Origin: Candidatus Woesearchaeota archaeon
GTDB taxonomy: Archaea; Nanobdellota; Nanobdellia; Woesearchaeales; UBA583
Assembly: GCA_965205335.1 (NCBI GenBank)
Contig: OZ242164.1
Location: 736,001 to 800,000, forward strand
DNA: 64,000 bases
Direction: 5' to 3'
The notes beneath the pieces were generated by a model that was not told the origin of the DNA, searched no databases, and worked only from the letters and a program-made list of their open reading frames with translations. Below are positions 1-9,640 of this stretch, piece by piece. Numbering within the stretch: position 1 is the stretch's first letter; every line of letters starts with the position of its first letter. A program made the position numbers and the translations under genes.

Positions 1-125
1 CCTCTAATCTTAGATTTAACATATGCTAACTTAACATCACCTTAAAAATAATAAGACTTATTATTATATAAATTTTTGGGCACTACAAAAACACAAAATT
101 TAAAATGAAAATATAAATTAAACTC

Positions 126-620
126 TTACTGATAAGGTTTCTGTTCTCTTAAACTCTTTATCTCTTCCTCACACCTTCCCAACATTTCATGAATCATTTG
201 TGAGGTTTTAGATATATTATCTCCTTCCTTCTTTCCATAATTTAATATATCTACAATTTCCTCCTGACTCTTTTCCAAGATACTTCTCAACATAGAAATT
301 TGAATTCCTAATTGTCCTCTCAATTTTATTATATCACGTTGAAACTGTTTAAACATAGGAGTTCTATTATATTCAGCAACGAAGAGAGAACCATCAATTA
401 CTTTCTCTTCACCATTTAATGCAAGAATAAGAAAACCAACAATATCTCTCATGCTCTGTATAACCTCCAGAATCTCCTCTATCTTAATTCTCTCTTCTGA
501 TATTAACTCCCAAAGTTTCTTTTCCCTCTCATCTAAATCCTTAAAAAAATGCTCAAGATCCTCTAAACTTCTTATATTTATTACTAACCCATTCCTATAC
601 TTTCCAAGTAAACTTCCCAT
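126..620 (-). CDS. Hypothetical helical protein
   Basis: 164-aa ATG ORF with TTTATAAA-like element upstream; no recognisable motif. Confidence 0.6.
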   Translation of the reverse strand: MGSLLGKYRNGLVINIRSLEDLEHFFKDLDEREKKLWELISEERIKIEEILEVIQSMRDIVGFLILALNGEEKVIDGSLFVAEYNRTPMFKQFQRDIIKLRGQLGIQISMLRSILEKSQEEIVDILNYGKKEGDNISKTSQMIHEMLGRCEEEIKSLREQKPYQ

Positions 621-730
621 CTACACTACAAAAAACTCTAATATTTATAAACATAATTATTCCAAATAAGAAGTAATACTTAGCAAATAAAACTTCACTA
701 TTTTAAAACTTGAAAATTTCAATCCCTGAA

Positions 731-1321
731 CTAATCCTCAAGGTGTTTAACACAACCCTTCAAAACCAAATCTGGCTCATCATCAGAAAAATCAATTATT
801 GACAAAGAAGAATTAGGAATATTTATCAACAAAGCATCTGAAAAATCCAGATTCAAGAGATTCTTTATAATTAACTTGATAGTTCCAGCATGAGAGACAA
901 TCAAAACCTTTTTACCTTTAAACTCCTTCTCCTTTAAATCCATAAAATTCTGCAGTCTTTTCGCATGTTCACTTCTACTCTCACCATTTGGTGGTTTTTT
1001 TTCAAACACATCCGCTTCCACCAAAGAATTAAAACCCACATCAGACCAAAACAAACCCTCCCAAATACCCATACTACGCTCCCTTAATTTCTCATTAAAC
1101 ATTACCTTACTTGGATGAAACTTTGCAATCTCTTCTGCTGTATCTTTCGCTCTTTTCAAGTCTGAAGAATAAATAAAATCAAACATTTCATCTTTCAATC
1201 TCTTCGCAATCTTTCTCGCCTGATTGCAACCCAACTCAGTTAAAATATAATCACCATGGCCTTGAATAATCCCTTCTTTATTCGCAAAAGATTCACCGTG
1301 CCTAACTAAATACAATCTCAT
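731..1321 (-). CDS. Histidine phosphatase / phosphoglycerate mutase family protein
   Basis: LYLVRHGES, SSDLKRAKDTA, LRERSMG, GES, VSHAG motifs; start placed at MRLYLVRHG (ORF track starts 1336). Confidence 0.92.
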   Translation of the reverse strand: MRLYLVRHGESFANKEGIIQGHGDYILTELGCNQARKIAKRLKDEMFDFIYSSDLKRAKDTAEEIAKFHPSKVMFNEKLRERSMGIWEGLFWSDVGFNSLVEADVFEKKPPNGESRSEHAKRLQNFMDLKEKEFKGKKVLIVSHAGTIKLIIKNLLNLDFSDALLINIPNSSLSIIDFSDDEPDLVLKGCVKHLED

Positions 1322-1323
1322 TT

Positions 1324-2103
1324 TCACTCTATCCACTCACTTGGCTCGCCCTGAAAACCAACAATTAACTCAGGGGACTTCTCAGCTTCAACCAATGCTC
1401 TCTTTACCTGAACATAAGCATTTTCATACGAATTAGTATTCTCCGAGATATGTGACAAAACAATTTTCTGATTATCATTACTGCAATCAACCAAAGCATC
1501 AATGCACTGATGAACTCCCAAATGACCAAAATCTGACATTAATCTATGCAAATATGTATCTGCGAAACTCTCTTTTGAGTTTACAATATATCTCTCACAA
1601 TAATTAACTTCAAAAAAAACCAAATCAAGATTCTTAAGAGTATGTTTAATCTCATCGCTAGCACAACCAAGATCAGTAAAAACTCCCACTTTCTTAACTC
1701 CATCATCAAAAACAAAAGAAATAGATTCTTTTGAATCATGAGGCATCTCAAGAACCAATACTTTAAAATCCCCTATCTCAAAAGCATCATATTTCCCAAC
1801 AATCCTAAAATTATCCAAATTATTCGCAGCCCCAAATTTTAAAACTTCCTCACAAGTCCCTTTTGAAAGATACACAGGACAACTAACCTTTCCTGCAAAA
1901 GACCTCAATCCCAAAATATGATCACTATGTTCATGAGTAATACAAACACAATTAATTGAATGAACACTAACTCCTCTCTTCTCCAAAATCTCACATATCT
2001 TTCCAAAAGGCAAACCCAAATCAACCAAAACTCTAAACCCTTCTTTTGACTCAATGTAAAAACAATTCCCCGAAGAACCAGTAGATAAAGAAAATGCTCT
2101 CAT
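1324..2103 (-). CDS. MBL-fold metallo-hydrolase (YycJ/PhnP-like)
   Basis: SLSTGSSGNC, THEHSDH, PHD, FTD, GHL, LSHISE motifs; start at MRAFSL. Confidence 0.88.
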   Translation of the reverse strand: MRAFSLSTGSSGNCFYIESKEGFRVLVDLGLPFGKICEILEKRGVSVHSINCVCITHEHSDHILGLRSFAGKVSCPVYLSKGTCEEVLKFGAANNLDNFRIVGKYDAFEIGDFKVLVLEMPHDSKESISFVFDDGVKKVGVFTDLGCASDEIKHTLKNLDLVFFEVNYCERYIVNSKESFADTYLHRLMSDFGHLGVHQCIDALVDCSNDNQKIVLSHISENTNSYENAYVQVKRALVEAEKSPELIVGFQGEPSEWIE

Positions 2104-2301
2104 AAAAATCCTTAAAAAAACAAGTATATAAATATTGCGGGCAAAACAAACTCTCTTACAATTTAATTTCATTAAACCGCCAAATTATTATATGGAAAAC
2201 AGATAAAACATTAGAGAAATTCTCTGACTTTATTTTCTACAAATACTCTAAAGAAATATTTACAAGAAAGGCAAAGACAAATATATTTAACCACAAACAA
2301 A

Positions 2302-2859
2302 CTAATTCAACTTCTCTTCAATTTGGGAAAACACCTGTGATACCGTTGCATTACCATCAACAACTTCAACATACTTCTTAAACAAACTAAAAACAACATC
2401 TCTGTGTTTATGGAATACTTCCCTTCTTATCTTAAAAGTCACCAAACTATCATCAGACCTTCTCTCCTCAGAAAATCTCTCATGCAATCTCTTCTCAAGC
2501 TCCTCCTCACGAACATCAATTGAAATAACTTTAATTAAATAATCATTAGCCTTAAAATAATCCAAAAGCCATTTAGTTTGCTCCTTTGTTCTTGGAAAGC
2601 CATCAAACAAAAAAGACTTCCCTTTATGCTTCTTTAGAAACTTCTCCAAAAGTCCAATCGTCACATCATCAGGGACCAGATTCCCATAATCAATAAAAGA
2701 CTTAGCCAATTTACCAACCTCAGACCCCTTGCCTATTTCCACTCTGAAAATCTCTCCCGTTGAAACATGAACTAAACCATATTTATCACAAATTAATCTA
2801 GACTGAGTTCCCTTTCCACTTGCAGGAGCTCCAAGCAATATTAAACCTAAATTATTCAT
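2302..2859 (-). CDS. adk: Adenylate kinase (short LID)
   Basis: GAPASGKGT P-loop, HVSTGEIFR, GNLVPDD, FDGFPRT, RRSDD. Confidence 0.92.
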   Translation of the reverse strand: MNNLGLILLGAPASGKGTQSRLICDKYGLVHVSTGEIFRVEIGKGSEVGKLAKSFIDYGNLVPDDVTIGLLEKFLKKHKGKSFLFDGFPRTKEQTKWLLDYFKANDYLIKVISIDVREEELEKRLHERFSEERRSDDSLVTFKIRREVFHKHRDVVFSLFKKYVEVVDGNATVSQVFSQIEEKLN

Positions 2860-2951
2860 TTTAAACTAAAATACAAAAACAAAGCCAAAACAACCCATGT
2901 AGAACTTACAACAACCACAATCCAAAAATAAAGCTTCGTTTTCTTCTTCAC
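2856..2951 (-). CDS. Putative 31-aa single-pass membrane peptide
   Basis: Hand-translated GTG ORF MKKKTKLYFWIVVVVSSTWVVLALFLYFSLK; its TGA overlaps the adk ATG (ATGA). Confidence 0.45.
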   Translation of the reverse strand: MKKKTKLYFWIVVVVSSTWVVLALFLYFSLK

Positions 2952-2992
2952 ATAAATAATTCATAGTAACAAATTTATAAATATTTGTAATA

Positions 2993-4651
2993 CTAACTCT
3001 CAAATCTCTGTGTTCCACATAACCGATAATATTGCTCTTTTGTCATAATATCAACATATTGATTTGACTTATCATTAAAAGTTGCTCCAACATAAGCACC
3101 CAGACCCCCTGCTGCTCCGATCACACCTATTTTTAGGTACTGCCTTAAAGCAATTGGTTCAACAGCCATAGTCCCCCTAGTCAACTCAACAACTTCCAAT
3201 TTTGCCAAATCTCTAAGTGCCTCAAGTTCCCTAATGTCATTTCCTGATGCCTTCCATTTATCAACAATACCAAAGAAATTGTCTGATTGAAAAATTCTCC
3301 TTTTACCCAATAATTTCCCAAGCTTTTCCTGCTCTTTTTTTTTCTTAATAATTGACTTACCAATATCATCTAAAGACCTAACATTTGATTCATCCATCAA
3401 TTCCACCAAAGCATCAAGATTCCCTGCCTTTTTAGAATCCCCTGCCTTTCTCAAACCATCAGCCACACTACTAATGTCCTTATTAGTCCCTTTAAAATTC
3501 TTCACTTTATTAAAAGCTTTAAACTTTCCACCAATTGTCGTAACCTCCACCACATTATCTGAATGTTTCACACTCTTCGATCTTTTAGTAAACTTCACAA
3601 GCCCAGAAATTCTCTTTGTAATTTTTGCAACCTTTACGGCAGCGCCTCCTATTTTAGCCCCTGCCCTCACAATACTAGCCACAGTCTTGGCACCAGAGGC
3701 AGTGCAAGCCGCCCCAAAAATAAATGCTCCAGCTACAGTCCAACTAGTACCTACAGCAAGACCACATGATATCAATGATATGCCGCCCCAGAGAACCGTT
3801 TCTGCAAGCAATCCACCTATGATTGCGCCCCCTACTCCCCAAGCAGCACCTGTTGTTGCACCCTGCAACTGTTCCTCAAAACTCTTATCAACTCTGTTAA
3901 ACCTATAAACCACATATGTTTCCTCATTAGGATTAATTTCTTTCAACTTCAAATCAACTAAAACATTGTACTGACCAATCAAAACATTTGTAAGTTCCTT
4001 GAAAGCCTGATCTCCTCCCTCATCATCCCCTCCTCCTTCTCCAAGAAGTTCACTAATTTCAACACCAATATCATCTATTTCATCATTTTCAACATCATAA
4101 TATCTCATATTAATATAATCACTATAATTTATGCTCTCACTATCTTTCTTAGTATACTCCTCCCCACCAGCCCACACAACAAAATCAGAATAAGAATACA
4201 CTTCCCCATCCTTAAGATCATCATCAAAAATCAATTCCCCACACACAAAACACCAGTTTCCCTCAGCCCCAAAATTACTTAGAAAATCATACTCTCCTTC
4301 GCCGTATCTATACCAACATCTTGCCATCTCATCCCCAACTTCCTTAAAAACTTCCTTCTCATCACTTGAACTTATCTTCACTCTATCAACAACACATCTT
4401 CTCTTCAACTGGGAAAAAAAGTCATTCACATCCTCAAGATCTGCAAACTCTGCAGCATCCTTTGAAGTCTTGAAAGCCTGGTTTGACTGAACACTAATAA
4501 GAGCTCTGCAAGCATTATCCTGAGTTACATCAGAAACAGAAGAATTAACAGAATTAAAAAAAGCAAAAAGCAAAAAGCAAGTGATAACTGCAATCACTAT
4601 TCCTGAAAACACACTCATTACACCAATATTATTTCTAAATATCATTCTCAA
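2993..4651 (-). CDS. Membrane-anchored surface protein with class III-like signal peptide and Gly/Ala-rich hydrophobic insert
   Basis: RNNIG then hydrophobic VMSVFSGIVIAVITCFLLFAFF; Cys pairs (ARCW, WCFVC); central GAAWGVGGAIIGG... tract; ATGA overlap with upstream gene. Confidence 0.7.
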   Translation of the reverse strand: MRMIFRNNIGVMSVFSGIVIAVITCFLLFAFFNSVNSSVSDVTQDNACRALISVQSNQAFKTSKDAAEFADLEDVNDFFSQLKRRCVVDRVKISSSDEKEVFKEVGDEMARCWYRYGEGEYDFLSNFGAEGNWCFVCGELIFDDDLKDGEVYSYSDFVVWAGGEEYTKKDSESINYSDYINMRYYDVENDEIDDIGVEISELLGEGGGDDEGGDQAFKELTNVLIGQYNVLVDLKLKEINPNEETYVVYRFNRVDKSFEEQLQGATTGAAWGVGGAIIGGLLAETVLWGGISLISCGLAVGTSWTVAGAFIFGAACTASGAKTVASIVRAGAKIGGAAVKVAKITKRISGLVKFTKRSKSVKHSDNVVEVTTIGGKFKAFNKVKNFKGTNKDISSVADGLRKAGDSKKAGNLDALVELMDESNVRSLDDIGKSIIKKKKEQEKLGKLLGKRRIFQSDNFFGIVDKWKASGNDIRELEALRDLAKLEVVELTRGTMAVEPIALRQYLKIGVIGAAGGLGAYVGATFNDKSNQYVDIMTKEQYYRLCGTQRFES

Positions 4652-6246
4652 TTCTCCTCCTTCATAATAGGTATTGAATTAAATTGCAAAGGTGTTAAGT
4701 AGACATCCACAGGTCTACTTAAACCATTAATTCCCTCTGAGATTCTAACTCTGTAAAAATTCGCATTATCATTTCCACCTCCCAATATTGCTCCAATACA
4801 TTCTAAGGTTCCTTCGCAACGTGAAAACGCAAGACCATTCCTATCAATTTCTTTTGAGTCTACCTCAACTCTCTTACCTAAAAAATGATACTTGAAATCC
4901 TCCAGATGACTATTTCTTTTCCTCCTCAATGCTTTCTCATCAAACTTATAAAAACGTGGGTTTCTATCCCCCTCGCGTCCTACATAAAAATAAGTACTCT
5001 TATCTTTTACATATATCTCTTTACAATAACTATATCCATTACAATTGATCCCATGAAAATTAAAACTATAAACAAAATGGGTTTTTTTGTCTTCAGAACT
5101 CATAGAGGATACATCAACATTTTCCAATACCTCAAACACAGATTCAAAAGGAACAGAACTTGAACTATACTCATTTAAGCCAAGATCTCTGCGTTCCTTT
5201 AACTTAAACTTCCCTTCCTGTTCTTCACATAAATTAATACCTGCACGCACAAAACTCCTATAATCTTTATTATCTCCACGAAATTCGTTACAGTATTTTG
5301 ACTCAGAACTAGTACATATCCCACTATTCATCCATCTTAACTCGAAATACTCACTATCCTGACTATCACTAGAACACGAAAAAAATAACTCATTATTAAA
5401 ATAATCTATATTCTCGAAATTTGAAGGATCAGAGTAGAATTCACTAAGTCTTCTTTCGCTAAAAATCTTTCTTGAGCACAAATTATTTTTAATAAGCATC
5501 TCAGAAACAGAGTTTTTGTTCACAAACAATGTATTTCCCTCATCAATACCTTCCTTACTTAAAACCAAATAACCTGTTCTTTGCATCTCTAAACCTCTAT
5601 CCTCAAAAACGCCAGATAAAAGATGATTCTGGTTATTAAAATCCGGAATTAATACAATCAAATCCTCATCTAATTCTTTAATACTCAAACTTCCATAATC
5701 ACCAAACCTTGTCCCAAAAAAACCCGTCCCTGTAATGTCAATATCAACAGAAAATAGGCTCCCTTCATCTGTGGCATCTTTTCTTAGAGAAACTTGTGAT
5801 CCTTTATAAAAAGTTACTCTGTCAACACTAAATTTAGAAGGACTCTTACCCTCCACAAACTTAGGATAATCTTCAAGCTTCAAAATATAGACCGAGTCTG
5901 TTGTGATAACATAGAAATAATTCTCCCCATCACTCTTTTCTTTAATTTGGAAATTCTCCAAGTTAAACAACTTCAGAATTCCAAAACAATTAGTCATATC
6001 AGAATAATAACTTGAAGATTTAATTGAGTAATAATCAATAAAATCTGCGATACTTCTTGCATTATCTTTTGCTATTTCTAAATTGGTAGGTTGACCGCCC
6101 AAAAAAATGTTAATAAAAATAAATAACAAACTTACTAACGCGGCAACCGACAACAATATTGCAAGAAGAGCTTCAAGTGCCATAAGCCCATTTCTATCTC
6201 TCCTACAGGAAAATCTCCTCCTCATATAACTCCTTATCTTCTCCAA
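4648..6246 (-). CDS. Pilin-like protein with class III signal peptide
   Basis: Basic leader RRDRNG then LMALEALLAILLSVAALVSLLF (Glu at +5); Cys-containing extracellular body; start may be ATG 6225. Confidence 0.72.
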   Translation of the reverse strand: MEKIRSYMRRRFSCRRDRNGLMALEALLAILLSVAALVSLLFIFINIFLGGQPTNLEIAKDNARSIADFIDYYSIKSSSYYSDMTNCFGILKLFNLENFQIKEKSDGENYFYVITTDSVYILKLEDYPKFVEGKSPSKFSVDRVTFYKGSQVSLRKDATDEGSLFSVDIDITGTGFFGTRFGDYGSLSIKELDEDLIVLIPDFNNQNHLLSGVFEDRGLEMQRTGYLVLSKEGIDEGNTLFVNKNSVSEMLIKNNLCSRKIFSERRLSEFYSDPSNFENIDYFNNELFFSCSSDSQDSEYFELRWMNSGICTSSESKYCNEFRGDNKDYRSFVRAGINLCEEQEGKFKLKERRDLGLNEYSSSSVPFESVFEVLENVDVSSMSSEDKKTHFVYSFNFHGINCNGYSYCKEIYVKDKSTYFYVGREGDRNPRFYKFDEKALRRKRNSHLEDFKYHFLGKRVEVDSKEIDRNGLAFSRCEGTLECIGAILGGGNDNANFYRVRISEGINGLSRPVDVYLTPLQFNSIPIMKEEN

Positions 6247-6530
6247 ATATTAAAATTTGCTTATTCTAACGCAATAGTAAAAATAGAATCAAAGCTAATA
6301 TAGTTCACTTAACTTATGTATTTTTGTTCTACAAGAAGAACCCAGACCCCTTGATTTCTATTAGAAACATACGAAACAGAAACACCCATTCTTTAACACC
6401 TCAAAACATCTATCATTTATTCATGTCTCAATGCTACAAACATTCTCTAAAAATATTTTTCTCAATCCCCTTCATATTCCAATACTACAAATACTCTCTA
6501 AACATTTCCCTCTCTATCCCTCTCGTATCT

Positions 6531-7073
6531 TTATTCCCTTTCATCTCTCTTATGCCTCAATACCTTAAAATAATCCTCTACAACCGAATAACTAACCACT
6601 TTCTTAGTATTTCCATCCTCACTTAAAAGAACTAACTTTCCATCCTTGTTTACAGCCTTAACTACATACTCAATCCCTTTCAACTCAATTTCATCTCCGC
6701 AAGTTATTCCAACAAGAGTTAAACTTTGAAAATATTTATAAACATTCTTTGATGTGAGTTTATCATACCCAACAAGTTTTCTTGACCTTCTCTCAGATAC
6801 AATATATTCTCTCTTAAACAAGGAAAGAATATCACTCATTCGAGTATGATATCTGAAATAAATGTCAAAACCATTATCTATCTCTTCTACTTTGTTAATA
6901 GTATCAAACTTGTCCTGCATAAGTCTAAGTACTTTTTTCTTTGTACTCTGCACATCATTGAAGAACTTAAAACGAAGATGTAATTTCATCTCATAATATT
7001 CACTAGAACTTCTTATGCAGGAACTACACATCCTCTGTTCTATAAGCACTTCCATTCTAAACATACCTTCCAT
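6531..7073 (-). CDS. NMD3-like protein (C-terminal portion only)
   Basis: CSSC..SSEYYEMKLHLR, GFDIYF, SRKLVGYDKLTSKNVYK resemble the NMD3 C-half; N-terminal Zn knuckles absent; start chosen at ATG after TTATTTATAAA. Confidence 0.7.
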   Translation of the reverse strand: MEGMFRMEVLIEQRMCSSCIRSSSEYYEMKLHLRFKFFNDVQSTKKKVLRLMQDKFDTINKVEEIDNGFDIYFRYHTRMSDILSLFKREYIVSERRSRKLVGYDKLTSKNVYKYFQSLTLVGITCGDEIELKGIEYVVKAVNKDGKLVLLSEDGNTKKVVSYSVVEDYFKVLRHKRDERE

Positions 7074-7462
7074 TTCTAATTTATAAATAACCTTACCAAA
7101 AGTAACAACATAAAAAAGTTTATTAACATTTGTATAAGTGATATAAATTCTCTTCAATCTTATCAGAAACAAATCTATATGTAAGAGATGAACTTATATA
7201 TGAAATCAAATTTCTATTCTCTTTTAATAAAGAGTAGAAACTATCTTCAAAATCTTTCTAAGATATACCCAAAACATTATCCTCTATCTTATGTAATTTC
7301 TCTAAGATTTGTTTTGTAATGTCTATACTTTGTCTAAACTTTATATAAACTATTTTTGGAAATATAAAAATAAAAAGAGTCAAAACAATCAAAGGCTACT
7401 AAATATACATTTAAATGTAATGTTTCACTAGTATTAAAAGAAATAATATGTGTATGTTTTCT

Positions 7463-7510
7463 GTCTTAAAAATGTCTAAATATTGTCTATTTTTGTCTAA
7501 GAAACGTCTA
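7463..7510. repeat. Helically phased GTCT(A) repeat array
   Basis: GTCT at 7463, 7474, 7485, 7495, 7506; a further pair at 7321 and 7332. Confidence 0.7.
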
Positions 7511-7744
7511 TTTTCACTCCTTTCTAAACAGAAAGAATTATTTGAAGTTAAACGAAACATAAAATGTTGCACTTCTTCTTTTTCCTTTTCCACATGAAAC
7601 TAAGGTCTCATTGTCCAATCAAGAATCTCCTCCATTTCAAACTCCAAGAACACATTTTGTAATTCAGACACAACCTCACACCTACAATAATGAATAGAAA
7701 AGACATATAAACAATCAAATAACAACATAAATCGTATAAATAAA

Positions 7745-7826
7745 GCCAAAATCGCATAATCTGGTATTGCGCTAGTCTCGAAAACTAGTTCCTTTGGAAT
7801 TCTGGGTTCAAATCCCTGTTTTGGCG
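7745..7826 (+). tRNA. tRNA-Ser(CGA)
   Basis: Acceptor GCCAAAA/TTTTGGC, anticodon arm CTAGT-CTCGAAA-ACTAG, long variable arm TTCC-TTT-GGAA, GGTTCAAATCC, G discriminator, no encoded CCA. Confidence 0.93.
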
Positions 7827-8133
7827 CTTCAACTTCCGCTACTCTTTCACTTACCACTTTCTATTGATCATAAGAAATTTACCAAAAAAAATTCATAATA
7901 TAGAATTCTTGTAAGTCTCTTATTGAATCTAAACTTCGCTTACTACCTTCTACCAACCACAAAAATCACTGTAAAAGATAATAATAAATACTTACTTGTG
8001 TTTCTTATCTTGCGATTAGATCCCATAAACTATTATAAAGAATCACAAGACATAAGACCATTGTCCCAGAAAATATACATTATATCACAAACCACTCTAA
8101 AAACTTATAAAACATCAAACACTTGCAAGATAT

Positions 8134-8976
8134 ATGCTTCACCTGATTGGAATAGGATACAACAAAAAGCACATTAACTTTGAAATGCACGACGCCATAA
8201 AAAACTGCTCACAGATTTACTTAGAACATTACACCTCTTATTATGAAACGGACTTCAACGAATTATCTGAATTTTTAGGAAAAGAAATTGAAATATGTAG
8301 CAGAGAAACTATCGAATCAGAAATTGAAGAAAAAATACTTAAACCTTCAAAAGAAAAAGAAATTGCTCTTCTAATCTTAGGAGATCCACTTGTTGCAACG
8401 ACCCACACAGACCTACTACTAAGATGCTCCAAGTTAAATGTAGAGTATAAAATCTACAACAATATCTCAGTTGCAAACCTTATAACCAGAACAGGACTTC
8501 AATTTTATAAATTTGGAAGAATTACTTCAATTCCCTTCTTCTCTGAAAAATTCATGCCAAGAACACCATTTATGATTTACTCTGATAACCACAGAATAGG
8601 AGCTCACTCTCTATTTCTACTTGACTTAGACCCAAACAATGAAAATCAGGAACAAAATAACGAACAAAATCGAGAACACAAACAAAGTTACTTAAAAGCA
8701 TTTGAAGCCCTCCAATTTCTTCTTGACATACCGAAAATAATGATTGAAAACGATGAAATAGAAGAAAAAGATTCCCAGATAATAGATGAAGAAACCACAG
8801 CCCTTATATGTTCAAGATTGGGCTTCTCCGATGAAAAGATAATATATGATACAATAGGAAATCTTATTAAACTTGACAAATTAAAAAACTTCAAAGAACC
8901 ATTATGCATAATAATTCATGGGGATTTACATGATATGGAAGAAAAATACTTAAACAACTTCAAACTTCGTAAGTAA
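8134..8976 (+). CDS. dph5: Diphthine synthase
   Basis: MLHLIGIG, YLEHYTS, GDPLVATTHTDL, GLQFYKFGRITSIPF, HSLFLLD, GDLHDMEEKYL. Confidence 0.95.
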   Translation: MLHLIGIGYNKKHINFEMHDAIKNCSQIYLEHYTSYYETDFNELSEFLGKEIEICSRETIESEIEEKILKPSKEKEIALLILGDPLVATTHTDLLLRCSKLNVEYKIYNNISVANLITRTGLQFYKFGRITSIPFFSEKFMPRTPFMIYSDNHRIGAHSLFLLDLDPNNENQEQNNEQNREHKQSYLKAFEALQFLLDIPKIMIENDEIEEKDSQIIDEETTALICSRLGFSDEKIIYDTIGNLIKLDKLKNFKEPLCIIIHGDLHDMEEKYLNNFKLRK

Positions 8977-9098
8977 ATAAACATTAAATACATTGAATGA
9001 ACTCCTCAATAAACACAACTAAAAAACCATAACTCAACTAAAGTGATAGGGCAAATCACATATACGCAAAAATTACAAATAAAAAATAACTAATTAAA

Positions 9099-9466
9099 AT
9101 GGCAGACAAAATAATATTCGGACAAAAATGCATTCTCTATAACAAAGAGGAAGACAAAATACTTATAATAAAAAGAGGCAATTACAAAGACGATGGAGGA
9201 AAGTGGGATATTGTTGGAGGTTCTGTAGATTTTGGTGAAGACTCAAAAAAATCAATAACAAGAGAATGCTTTGAAGAGACAGGCATAAAAATATTTAACC
9301 CTTAGATAATAGACCTTAACTCAAGACTTCTAAAAAAAAAAGAACTATTTTTCATACTTGCAATATACTTCTGTGATGAATTTAAGATACCTCGAAATGG
9401 CATAAAACTAAGCAAAGAACAAGTGAATACAAATGGATAAAAATTGGTTTATTTTTAAATATTTAA
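9099..9466 (+). pseudogene. NUDIX hydrolase pseudogene
   Basis: Nudix box GGSVDFGEDSKKSITRECFEETG; TAG at 9303, homology continues in frame, 1-nt frameshift near 9420 before SEYKWI. Confidence 0.8.
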
Positions 9467-9640
9467 CAAAGTCTAATTACTAATCATATAGAAAATCTAA
9501 TATTAGGGAACCAAAAGAGAAATGAAATAACAAACAATTCATCCCCTTACAAATTAACTCTCTCAAACTCATTAGATAAACCTAACACCTCTGTCTGTAC
9601 TGACTCTTCAAACCATTCTAACTGCTCGAGTGTTCCGATT

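Noticed and set aside
3474-3908. 144-aa + strand ORF and similar overlapping ORFs (e.g. 46968-47594, 50014-50424, 53235-53738)
   Set aside because: Antisense shadows of well-supported genes
7300-7740. Replication origin
   Set aside because: No orc1/cdc6 or ORB-like G-string seen, and no visible skew switch
7802-7818. T-T mismatch in tRNA T-stem suggesting a pseudo-tRNA or integration scar
   Set aside because: All other arms are intact and no duplicated tRNA 3' end was seen in the window
7600-7857. 85-aa minus-strand ORF
   Set aside because: Antisense shadow of tRNA-Ser
8636-8690. GAACAAAAT micro-repeat in dph5
   Set aside because: Short in-frame N/E/Q loop insertion with no evident wider significance
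9303-9305. TAG read-through or alternative genetic code
   Set aside because: The same gene also has a frameshift and a TAA; many intact genes end at TAG or TGA
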